Assembly (NCBI GenBank): GCA_963667845.2
Contig: CAXXVL010000002.1
Location: 1,664,001-1,728,000 of the forward strand
From: Smithellaceae bacterium
Lineage (GTDB): Bacteria > Desulfobacterota > Syntrophia > Syntrophales > Smithellaceae
Length of the DNA stretch: 64,000 nucleotides
Direction of reading: 5' to 3'
Part shown: positions 32,613-41,257 of the stretch, in pieces
How the letters are laid out: each line of letters starts with the position of its first letter
Position numbering within the stretch: the first letter of the stretch is position 1
Notes under the pieces: model-generated
What the model was told of the DNA's origin: nothing
Database searches by the model: none
What the model saw: only the letters and a program-made list of their open reading frames with translations
Translations under genes and position numbers: made by a program

Positions 32613-33035
32613 ATGAAAAGCCGAAGAGATCAGTTGAAAAAAATAATCGGAATACTGGCGCTGTCGTCGATCATGGTCATGTTATTCATGCAAATAGCCT
32701 GGGCGGAGGGAGGGATAAACTACAAAGTCAAGGTCAGGGATTACTGCGGCAAAGATATAACCATTAAGCTTCATTACGGTGTCGGGGGGAATCATACAAA
32801 GACGGAAAAGATTCATGCGAATGGTTCCGTCACCTTTGAAACAGGCGCCAGATGTCCTTATTCCATTTCTGGTGAAGATCCCTACCACATAAACGCAATG
32901 ACTACAGTATGTGCAAGTGGTGGCTACGGCAGCAGCTGTATGGTCGACTGCGAAAGCTCCGATTGGAAGATCGTGAGGTTTGACGGAGCCAATACAGCAG
33001 ACGGTAAGATTATGTGCAAGTTTCAGAAGGATTAG
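32613..33035 (+). CDS. Small secreted six-cysteine hypothetical protein
   Basis: AAGGAGA RBS, signal peptide ending AWA, six Cys in the mature region. Confidence 0.75.
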   Translation: MKSRRDQLKKIIGILALSSIMVMLFMQIAWAEGGINYKVKVRDYCGKDITIKLHYGVGGNHTKTEKIHANGSVTFETGARCPYSISGEDPYHINAMTTVCASGGYGSSCMVDCESSDWKIVRFDGANTADGKIMCKFQKD

Positions 33036-33233
33036 CAATTCAACGGACACAAACCGAAGGATTGTCATGAGAAAAAAATGATTATTGACCGCTGAAGAAC
33101 CGTTAGCGGTTTGCGGATGGCAGGAACGGGAAATGCCGGATTGCCGGTAAGGAAAGAATCAGGATTGCATCTGCACAATTGACTATAGAATTTCTCTTTA
33201 CAGAAAAGTTCCATCTTTTAATCAATAAATAAA

Positions 33234-33420
33234 TTGCAGTTGAAGCGGGGCATGACTTAAGCGAATATGACCGAAACGTTGTGGCGCGAGGCGTTGTGAA
33301 GCATCAGACAGCCGAACTGTTTCGGGCCTGGAGGGCGAGTTTTCGGCTGTCGCTGAATGAGCCATAGAGCCATAGTTGAAGGGTCATTCTGAACGAAGGC
33401 TTGCCCCGATTCAACTGCAA
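33234..33420 (-). mobile_element. ~180-bp rod-like MITE/REPIN-type element, copy 2 (inverted relative to copy 1)
   Basis: 25-nt terminal inverted repeat TTGCAGTTGAAGCGGGGCATGACTT / AAGGCTTGCCCCGATTCAACTGCAA (22/25); body homologous to 30461-30638. Confidence 0.72.
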
Positions 33421-33457
33421 CCTCTCAGGCGAACAGCGGGCCACTTCTGTTTGCGAC

Positions 33458-33488
33458 AAAAAAAGGAGGAACCGCGCGGTTCCTCCTT
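33458..33488 (-). terminator. Intrinsic terminator of the beta-oxidation operon
   Basis: AAGGAGGAACC-gcgc-GGTTCCTCCTT stem with a T7 tract on the minus strand, just after the acyl-CoA dehydrogenase stop. Confidence 0.85.
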
Positions 33489-33512
33489 CATGGTTAAAAT
33501 GTTGCAGTACTC

Positions 33513-35351
33513 TTAGACGGCAAAGGCGTCTTCGCTGATGTTCATGGCGCTTTGCTCATCCTTCTTCAGATTGTCCAATTTGGCCGGTACGAGTCCGGTG
33601 ATACGGTTGATGAAGAATTTTGCCCCCTGGATTTTACCGTTATAGAAGGCTTTATCCCTGTCGTTCGGGGCATTGGCCAGGCCCTTGGTTGCCGCATTGG
33701 CCATCCAGATATGCAGCCAGCCCACCAGAGCGTCGGACAGACAGTTGAGGAAGTCGGCGGCGGCGATCAACGGAACATAAGGTGTTGTTTTCATCATCTT
33801 GGCGAATTCCATAGCGGTTCCCGCACAGGCATTGAGTGCGCCTTCGACGATGAGGGCCTCTGCCTTTAAACCCTCGTTGGCCTTGGCTTCGGCAACGGCC
33901 GCCTGGGTCAGGCCCAGGAGATTCATGAAATACAGACCTTTTTTCATGCCGAGTTTGCGGCCCAGCAGATCCATCGCCTGAATACCATTGGTACCTTCGT
34001 AGATCAGGTTGATCTTCTGGTCACGCATCATCTGTTCGACCGGGTACTCACGGCAGTAGCCGTAACCGCCGTAAGTCTGCACGGCATCCGAACATACTTC
34101 CATGCCTCTCTCGGTGCAGTAGGACTTGACCATCGGGGTGAGCATCTCAATCATGCCATGCCAGTATTCTTTGTCCTGCTCGTTTTGTTCCAGACCGGCA
34201 TTGACTTCACGATCCATGGCATAGTAGCAAAGCAGGGCTAAAGCACGAATTCCTTCGGTGATTGATTTCTGCTTGATAAGCATGCGCCGCACATCCGGAT
34301 GCTGAATGATGGGAACCGCTTTAGCATTGGGATCCTTCAAGGCCACGGCAATAATGTTCGATCCCTGGATGCGCTGCTTGGCATAGTCCAGTGCATGCAG
34401 GTAGGCGGACATGGCCAGGGATACACCCATCATGCCCACGCCCTGTCTTTCTTCGTTCATCATCTGGAACATGATCTTCATGCCGTCGCGCTCTTCGCCC
34501 ATGAGATAGCCGATGCATTTGCCGTCCGTGCCGAAGTTCAGCGTGCAGGTGGAGTTGCCATGGATGCCCATTTTGCTTTCGATGTTGCCGCACTGCACGT
34601 CATTGGGTTCTCCCAGTTCGCCCTTTTCGTTAATGCGGATCTTGGGAACGACAAAAATAGAGATGCCTTTCGTTCCTTCCGGATCGCCTTCGATGCGGGC
34701 CAGGACCGGATGAATGATGTTCTCAGCCAGGTCATGGTCGCCGGCGGAAATGAAGCACTTGGTGCCGGTGATGGAGTAGGTACCATCGGCATTCTTTTTG
34801 GCCGTGGTTTTAAGTATTCCCACGTCGGAGCCTGCCCCCGGTTCGGTCAGACACATCGTGCCCGCCCAAACGCCGGTGAACATCTTTTCAATGATCACGT
34901 CGCGCAGAGGGTGCTGAAAAAAGTCTTCCACCAGGCGCGCCGCACCGTGGCTCAGACCGGTGTACATGACAAAAGCCTGATTGGCGGCCAGAAACATATT
35001 GGCCACAGCCCCTCCGATAATAAACGGGAAGGCCTGACCGCCGACTTCGGGCGAATCGGATGTGGACATCCAGCCACCCTCGCAGTAAAGCTTCCAAAGG
35101 CGGTGATAGGCTTCCGGCGCGAACACTTTGCCGTCCTTGAATACCGCCTCGACAGGCTTCCGATGAACTTCATCCGGATAGGTGGGGGCTATTTCGTTCT
35201 CGGCGAATTTCTGCGCCTGATCGAGCACCATGTTGCACATATCCAGGTCGTGATCGACGTAGCGGCCCTTGCCCAGAACCGTCTCTCCTATATTAAAAAC
35301 CTCATTCAGTTGGAATTTTATATCCCTCTCATCAACCCACAAACTTGCCAT
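33513..35351 (-). CDS. Acyl-CoA dehydrogenase (long form)
   Basis: MCLTEPGAGSD, GTKCFIS, KMGIHG, GGYGY, IYEGTNGIQA; GAGGAGG RBS. Confidence 0.95.
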   Translation of the reverse strand: MASLWVDERDIKFQLNEVFNIGETVLGKGRYVDHDLDMCNMVLDQAQKFAENEIAPTYPDEVHRKPVEAVFKDGKVFAPEAYHRLWKLYCEGGWMSTSDSPEVGGQAFPFIIGGAVANMFLAANQAFVMYTGLSHGAARLVEDFFQHPLRDVIIEKMFTGVWAGTMCLTEPGAGSDVGILKTTAKKNADGTYSITGTKCFISAGDHDLAENIIHPVLARIEGDPEGTKGISIFVVPKIRINEKGELGEPNDVQCGNIESKMGIHGNSTCTLNFGTDGKCIGYLMGEERDGMKIMFQMMNEERQGVGMMGVSLAMSAYLHALDYAKQRIQGSNIIAVALKDPNAKAVPIIQHPDVRRMLIKQKSITEGIRALALLCYYAMDREVNAGLEQNEQDKEYWHGMIEMLTPMVKSYCTERGMEVCSDAVQTYGGYGYCREYPVEQMMRDQKINLIYEGTNGIQAMDLLGRKLGMKKGLYFMNLLGLTQAAVAEAKANEGLKAEALIVEGALNACAGTAMEFAKMMKTTPYVPLIAAADFLNCLSDALVGWLHIWMANAATKGLANAPNDRDKAFYNGKIQGAKFFINRITGLVPAKLDNLKKDEQSAMNISEDAFAV

Positions 35352-35399
35352 ATAAACCTCCTCATTCCAATTTTTTAACTCAGAAGTTATTTTTAATCA

Positions 35400-35431
35400 T
35401 GTAGGGAACGGCCGTGTGACCGTTCCCTACA
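35400..35431. repeat. GTAG-tagged REP-like palindrome
   Basis: TGTAGGGAACGG-ccgtgtga-CCGTTCCCTACA, perfect 12-bp stem, intergenic. Confidence 0.7.
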
Positions 35432-35489
35432 AAGCTACAATGTCACAATTGATCAGTAAATGGAGCAAATCAGGCTCAGAGCCAACACA

Positions 35490-37574
35490 CTATTTTTCTA
35501 TTGCCAGAAATCCGTTCGGATGGAAGTCTTTCCCGGTAACCTTCTTTGCAATGCCTTTCTGATCCAGGAAGGGGGTAATCCCGCCCATGAAGAGCGGCCA
35601 ACCCGCACCCATGATGACGCCGGTATCCACATCTTTGGGGCTTGCCACAACGCCTTCTTTGAGGATCGTGTCGACTTCCACGGCGATGCGTGTCAAAACC
35701 CGTTCCCGGATTTCGTCATCCGTGAACTTCTTGTTTCCCTGCGGCCAGCCGGCTAAAATCTCGGGATCAACGATAAAGGCCCCCTTGTCTCCCGGAATCA
35801 GGAAGGCCTTCTTGCCCTTGGCCACCATGTTCTTGAGGCCGGCATTAACCGCAAAACGATCAGGCCACGCCTTGTTGAGGGTCGTAAGCACGTGCAGAGA
35901 AATGGCCGGGCCCACCAGGGCGGTCAGGACGAAAGGCGACATGGGGAAGCCCATCTCGTGAATGGCTTTATCCGTCTGTAAGAAGTCGGCCCCTTCATCG
36001 AGGCACCGGAAGATGCCGTCCGACATCGCTGTCAAAACTCTGTTCACGAGGAAGCCGGAAGCATTCTTCACGAGAACCGGCGTCTTCTTGATCTTCTTGG
36101 CAATGTCGAATGCCGTGGCCAGAACGATATCGCTGGTCTTGTCTGTCTTGATGATCTCGACAAGCGGCATCATGGCGATGGGGTTAAAGAAATGGAATCC
36201 GACCACGCGGGACGGATCCTTGAGGAATTTGCCCATCTCAGCGACGTCGAGAGACGAGGTGTTGGTCAGGAATATGCACTCGGGCTTGCAGGCGGCTTCC
36301 AGATCACCGAAGACCTTCTGCTTAACGGACATCTCTTCGAAAACGGCCTCGATGACGAAATCACAATCTTTGAATTCATCATAGGATATGGTTCCGGTGA
36401 TGAGCTCTTCACCCATCCACTTGGCCTCGGCCGCAGTCAGTTTGCCTTTCTTCGCCGTCTTGGCCAGCTGCTCCCTGACGTAGGCCAGACCCTTGTCCAC
36501 AAATTCCTGCTTGATGTCCTTCATGATCACCGGGCACTGATAACGCTGTGCGAATAACAGGGCCATCTGGGAGGCCATGAGGCCGGCGCCGATGACGCCG
36601 ATTTTGGCGATCTTGTTGCCTTTGACTTCTTTGGGCGGCCGGCCGGGAAGCTTCTTGGCCCGGCGCTGGGTAAGATCGAAGGAATAAATGCCGCATTTAA
36701 ACTGATCGGAGGTGATCATATCGGCCAGCGCTTCGTTCTCTTTCTGGAACCCTTCATCAAGCGACCATGTCCCTGCGCCGCGGATGAGATCAAGCGCGAG
36801 GTACGGTGACAACGCACCGGAATGGACTCTGCCTGTGATCATTGCTTTGGTCTTGTTGTAGAGCTCGTCGCTCATCTTCGGGTCAACCTTCTTGCGTTCG
36901 ATCTTTTCTTCGCCGGTGATGATGCGCTCCAGCAAAGCCAGGGATTCGTCCATAAACTCCGCCGGTGCGATAAGTCTGTCCGCCAGGCCCATTTCAAAGG
37001 CCTTTACGGAATTGATCATTTTGTTCATGTTGAGCGGATTGGAAATGACAAGTTCGATGGCGGCTTCCGGCCCGCACAGTTTGGTGACCAGCTGAGTTCC
37101 GCCCCAGCCCGGCACGAGGCCCAGGAAGCACTCGGGCAGCGCATAATGATCACATCCGCCCGGGCTTTTGGAGATGGTGCGGTAGTTGTGATAAAGCCCG
37201 ACCTCGACTCCGCCGCCCATCGTCGCACCGTTGTATGCGGCCAGCGTAGGAATCTTAAGCCCCATGATGCGCTTGAAGGCCTGATGTCCTGCCGCGCCGA
37301 TTTCGAGGGCCGCCTGCTTCGTCGCATTCGGATCTGCGCTCATGATGTCGGCGCCCACATTGAAGATGAAAGGCTTGCCGGTCAGAAACCAGCCCTTTAC
37401 ATCCTTGTCCTTCTCCACGACGTCGATGACTTTGTTTAGTGACTCCAGGGCCTCAATGCCCCAGGTATTGGGGATATTGGGAAACTGCCCGTTGTCCATC
37501 GTGACCATCGCTATCTTGCCTGCCTTCTTTGACTGAAAGAAGTTTAATTTACATTCTGTTATGTATTTAGCCAT
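35490..37574 (-). CDS. Multifunctional enoyl-CoA hydratase / 3-hydroxyacyl-CoA dehydrogenase (FadB/FadJ-like)
   Basis: GGGVE and LPECFLGLVPGWGGT (crotonase); GAGLMA, EAVFE, TNTSSL, GFHFFNP, GFLVNR. Confidence 0.93.
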   Translation of the reverse strand: MAKYITECKLNFFQSKKAGKIAMVTMDNGQFPNIPNTWGIEALESLNKVIDVVEKDKDVKGWFLTGKPFIFNVGADIMSADPNATKQAALEIGAAGHQAFKRIMGLKIPTLAAYNGATMGGGVEVGLYHNYRTISKSPGGCDHYALPECFLGLVPGWGGTQLVTKLCGPEAAIELVISNPLNMNKMINSVKAFEMGLADRLIAPAEFMDESLALLERIITGEEKIERKKVDPKMSDELYNKTKAMITGRVHSGALSPYLALDLIRGAGTWSLDEGFQKENEALADMITSDQFKCGIYSFDLTQRRAKKLPGRPPKEVKGNKIAKIGVIGAGLMASQMALLFAQRYQCPVIMKDIKQEFVDKGLAYVREQLAKTAKKGKLTAAEAKWMGEELITGTISYDEFKDCDFVIEAVFEEMSVKQKVFGDLEAACKPECIFLTNTSSLDVAEMGKFLKDPSRVVGFHFFNPIAMMPLVEIIKTDKTSDIVLATAFDIAKKIKKTPVLVKNASGFLVNRVLTAMSDGIFRCLDEGADFLQTDKAIHEMGFPMSPFVLTALVGPAISLHVLTTLNKAWPDRFAVNAGLKNMVAKGKKAFLIPGDKGAFIVDPEILAGWPQGNKKFTDDEIRERVLTRIAVEVDTILKEGVVASPKDVDTGVIMGAGWPLFMGGITPFLDQKGIAKKVTGKDFHPNGFLAIEK

Positions 37575-37586
37575 TGTATGAGCCTC

Positions 37587-38798
37587 CTAGATTGTTTTCC
37601 CGACTACGTTTTCCCAAATGATCGAACCGCCCATGCCCAAGCCCACGCACATGGTGGTGAGTCCGTACCTGGCTTTCGGATTCATCTCAAAGTCCTGCGC
37701 AAGCTGCATGCTCAGGCGCACACCGGAGCTGGCCAGCGGGTGGCCCATGGCAATGGTTCCGCCATAAGGGTTGAGTCTGGGATCTTCCGGAGTCTTCATG
37801 CCGAAGTGCTTCATGAACCCGACAGCCTGCACAGCGAAGGCTTCGTTGAGTTCAATGATATCGAGATCATCAAATTTCATACCGTAGTTCTTCAGAACCT
37901 TTTCCGTGGACGGAACAGGCCCCCAGCCCATGATGGACGGATCGACGCCGACGAAGGCGGCTCCGACGAACTTCATTTTGGGTTTGATCCCCAGCTCTTT
38001 GCATTTCCGGCCGGACATGAGAAGAGACACGCACGCGCCGTCGTTCAAGCCCGAGGCGTTCGCCGCGGTGACATGGCCTTCCGCCTTAAATGGGAATTTT
38101 CTGAGGTTTTTGATGCTCTCCAGCGTGGTGCCGCGTTTGGCCTGTTCGTCACGGTCCGCAACCCTCCATCCTGTGGGGGAAAATACCGTCATATCCACAC
38201 AGTGCTTATCGTAGTAGCCGGCATCCAGTGCCTTGAAGTATCTGTCCAGGACACGGAAGGCATACTCATCCGCCTCATCCTTGCTCACCGGCTGTTCGCC
38301 GTGCTCGGGCATCCAGTCATGGAGCTTTTCCGCCGTGTTGCCCATGTTAAAATATTTCGGCTCGACCATCTTTTCGGTAACGATCCTGGGATTCGGATCA
38401 GCACCCGCCCCCATGGGGTGGTGGGCCATGTGTTCGACACCGCCGGCAATGATCATATCGGCAACGCCTGCTCTGATATAGGACGAGCCGATGCTCTGGC
38501 AGGTCATGCCGCCCGCGCACATCCGGTCAACAGAAAATCCGGGAACCGTTTCCGGAAGGCCCGAAGTAAAAACAACCGTTCTGCCCATCGTTGTTCCTTG
38601 ATCTCCGGACTGAGTTGTTGCGCCCATGATACAATCATCTACCTCTCCCCATGGAACGGTCGGATTTCTTCTGACGAGCTCTTTCATGACCTTCGTAACC
38701 ATGTCATCCGCCCGTGTGTACCAGTAGAAACCATCTTGTCTGGCCTTTCCGAACCACGTCCGTACACCGTCTACAAAATACGCATCTCTTAAATCCAT
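37587..38798 (-). CDS. Acetyl-CoA acyltransferase (thiolase)
   Basis: DRMCAGG, NEAFA, GHPL, MCVGLGMG; AAGGAGG RBS. Confidence 0.95.
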   Translation of the reverse strand: MDLRDAYFVDGVRTWFGKARQDGFYWYTRADDMVTKVMKELVRRNPTVPWGEVDDCIMGATTQSGDQGTTMGRTVVFTSGLPETVPGFSVDRMCAGGMTCQSIGSSYIRAGVADMIIAGGVEHMAHHPMGAGADPNPRIVTEKMVEPKYFNMGNTAEKLHDWMPEHGEQPVSKDEADEYAFRVLDRYFKALDAGYYDKHCVDMTVFSPTGWRVADRDEQAKRGTTLESIKNLRKFPFKAEGHVTAANASGLNDGACVSLLMSGRKCKELGIKPKMKFVGAAFVGVDPSIMGWGPVPSTEKVLKNYGMKFDDLDIIELNEAFAVQAVGFMKHFGMKTPEDPRLNPYGGTIAMGHPLASSGVRLSMQLAQDFEMNPKARYGLTTMCVGLGMGGSIIWENVVGKTI

Positions 38799-39123
38799 AC
38801 ATCCTCCTTAGTATGCCCGTTTATTAACTCTTGCAGAGAAGATCACCCATCTCGGTGAAGCCTTCTGCATCCTTAGGTTTTGCAACGCACCATCCGGTGA
38901 ATCCGTGGTGCGATGTTATACTGCAGATCAAACCATCAATCCGCTGGCAGCAAGCACCAGCGCTGCCGGCTCTAGAAGCATCGCGCGGTTGATATCAGCG
39001 ATCATCCCGGAAATGCTTCATCAATAAAAGATCAATGAGTTTATGATTTCCTGCTGCTTGCGAACCGATTATTTATATGGAATCGTTTTCATCAGTTGGA
39101 AAGCCATGTTGGTAAATAGCAAT

Positions 39124-39139
39124 AGCATTCATCATGCCA
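39124..39139 (-). promoter_or_regulatory. sigma54 (-24/-12) promoter for the thiolase operon
   Basis: Minus strand TGGCATGATGAATGCT = GG-N10-GC. Confidence 0.65.
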
Positions 39140-39223
39140 AGCAACAGATATTCTTATGTTATTGATATAATATAACATTTTATAAAATTCCGGATTTATT
39201 GCATCAATAAATGATTCATTACC

Positions 39224-39258
39224 GTCTCAATGAGACAATATTGAGGCGTCAATGAGAC
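39224..39258. promoter_or_regulatory. Tandem palindromes, candidate enhancer (bEBP) sites
   Basis: GTCTCA-A-TGAGAC (39224-39236) and GCGTCAATGAGAC (39246-39258), 22 bp apart, ~100-130 bp upstream of the sigma54 site across an AT-rich tract. Confidence 0.5.
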
Positions 39259-39482
39259 GTAATTGAGCGTGGTTATACGTTCTTGTCCATTTTTGCTCAC
39301 TCTTCGAGCGTTGTCTTGAGCCGTATCGCTTTTCCCAACGCTGGCCAGGGCTTTTTCTTTCGCCGGTCAGCACATAAAACACGGCTGGCATTCCAGTGCA
39401 TCCATCAATTGTTGGGTGCGAGGCTGGAGGCTCCATCAGAAGCCTCCAGTAACATTCGGGTCTGGTCAGAGTGGTGTCGCGA

Positions 39483-40349
39483 TTATTTTCCCTGGCTCTT
39501 ACGCCAGGCCTCTGAGTTGGGGAAGAAAAGGGGCTCGCCGTATTTGTCCTTTCCAAAATCGCGGATAATAAGTTGGCCTTTGTCCGGAGCGGTAACCCAG
39601 CCGATGAACTGCATCGCTCCGGCCCGATTCGCCCGGGGAAACTTCTGCTGATTCACCGGTATAAGCGACATGAAGTTCAACATCGCCTCATCGTTCTCCA
39701 CGAGAACGGCCAGCTTAACCTCTTTTTTCACAGAGAGGTAGGTCGCCCGATCGATGACCGTGTAAGCCATCTTTTCGTTTGTGTAGCGCAAGGTCGGCAC
39801 GTTGCCAGTCGATCCCTTTTCATAAACGACGTACCAGGAACCGGCCGGTTTGACCCCCGCCCCTTTCCAGAGCTCCATCTCGGCGACATGAGTCCCGGAC
39901 TTGTCCCCCCGGCTGATGAAGGTGGCCTGTTTGGCGGCGATCGTCCGGAGGGCCTGGGCCGCTGTCTTCATCCCTCTGATCCCCGCCGGATCGTCCGCGG
40001 GTCCGACGATGAGGAAATCGTTGTACATGATCGCTATCCGTTCAGTGCCGAAACCATCCTTTACAAACTTCTCCTCCAGAGACTTGGCATGAGCTAAAAC
40101 CAGATCAAATTGGCCTTTTTCGGCCATCTTCAGCGCGGCCCCTGTTCCGGCACCAACGTGACGCACCCGGATTCCCGTCTCCTTCTCGAAACCTTCCTCG
40201 AGTGCACCTACGACCCCGGCATCGATTGGCCCGATCGTGCTGGCCAGAAGAACGAAATTATTCTCCTGAGACGATCCGGCGGTATTCATGGTGCTGCAAG
40301 CGGGAAAGAGAAAAAATACAAACAACAGAAAAATCCAATATCGTTTCAT
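39483..40349 (-). CDS. TupA-like tungstate/oxyanion ABC substrate-binding lipoprotein
   Basis: Lipobox-like FPA-C, GAGTGAAL, MYNDF..VGP..DPAGI, SRGDKSGTH, DRATY, YGEPLFFP. Confidence 0.85.
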   Translation of the reverse strand: MKRYWIFLLFVFFLFPACSTMNTAGSSQENNFVLLASTIGPIDAGVVGALEEGFEKETGIRVRHVGAGTGAALKMAEKGQFDLVLAHAKSLEEKFVKDGFGTERIAIMYNDFLIVGPADDPAGIRGMKTAAQALRTIAAKQATFISRGDKSGTHVAEMELWKGAGVKPAGSWYVVYEKGSTGNVPTLRYTNEKMAYTVIDRATYLSVKKEVKLAVLVENDEAMLNFMSLIPVNQQKFPRANRAGAMQFIGWVTAPDKGQLIIRDFGKDKYGEPLFFPNSEAWRKSQGK

Positions 40350-40536
40350 TATCTTGAACTCCTTTCAGATTTTTATTTCAGATTGATCCATTCCAGTTCC
40401 CGTTCGATCATTGGGAACGCCTTTCAATACAGCAAAATTGATAGGCAATGGATTCCCGGATGTCAAGATAAAATATTACAATAAATTACTAATTCATACT
40501 TATAACGACTAATATTAACCATGTATTGTGGGAATT

Positions 40537-40637
40537 TAATCCCGCTCACGCGGGACGTCCGTTAATTCCCTGTCGTTTGCTGCGATATAAATGACGTCCA
40601 TTTAATACATCGAGAGTTTGCTGCGAGTTTGTTGATT
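40537..40637 (+). mobile_element. ~100-bp structured repeat, copy A
   Basis: TAATCCCGCTCACGCGGGAC...TTGCTGCGA...TTGCTGCGAG...GTTGATT; colinear with copies B-E. Confidence 0.8.
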
Positions 40638-40824
40638 TAAAGGCAAAAAAGACGTGTTCTAAAGTATCTATCGCCGGGATAGTCGTGATCGCGATTTAAA
40701 TGATCGCTATTCTTTCGGATTGAAAAGAAAGCATGACCTGATCAATCACAGGCCCTGCACTTTCCAGGAGGTAATCAATAAGAACCTGATTATTAATTTT
40801 AAAAAATTATAAAGTGAAGTGTTC

Positions 40825-41226
40825 CTATACTGGTTTTATCGGCTGTTTCCATTGGCGCAGCTCAATAAAAAGTCCGTCCGGATCTCTTATCTCTCCGCGA
40901 TATGAGTCCCCCAGATCGACGGGTTCGCGGGCGATGGTTATCCCCCGGCTCTTCAGATAATCCACAGCCTTTGCCATATCCGCAACTTCCAGGGCGATTC
41001 CCCGATATCCTGTTTGCCAGGGGATTTCTGATTTCGGCTGGGGACCATCTACGGAAATAATCTCGATCACCGTATCACCCAGTTGGAGATAAATGACCTC
41101 TCTCATGGGCGGCATTTTTATTTCTTTCCGGTTTTTAATTTTGAAGCCAAGAATATCGACATAGAAGTCAATGGTCTTTTCGGCATTTTCGGGCACAATT
41201 TCCACATGGTCGATTCTTTTAAACAT
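40825..41226 (-). CDS. VOC/glyoxalase family protein
   Basis: IDHVEIV, FYVDILGF, IALEVAD, IRDPDGLFIEL. Confidence 0.88.
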   Translation of the reverse strand: MFKRIDHVEIVPENAEKTIDFYVDILGFKIKNRKEIKMPPMREVIYLQLGDTVIEIISVDGPQPKSEIPWQTGYRGIALEVADMAKAVDYLKSRGITIAREPVDLGDSYRGEIRDPDGLFIELRQWKQPIKPV

Positions 41227-41257
41227 GATTCAACTCCTCTCCGAATCGAAAGTTTTG

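Noticed and set aside
37578..38792. 404-aa plus-strand ORF and other long antisense ORFs (e.g. 4518-5693, 19471-20580, 29121-30176, 34299-35378)
   Set aside because: They are shadows of well-supported genes on the opposite strand, expected from codon bias, and have no recognisable motifs.
40440..40535. ModE-type box upstream of the tupA-like gene
   Set aside because: The region is AT-rich with only a half-site-like TATAACGAC and no convincing palindrome.
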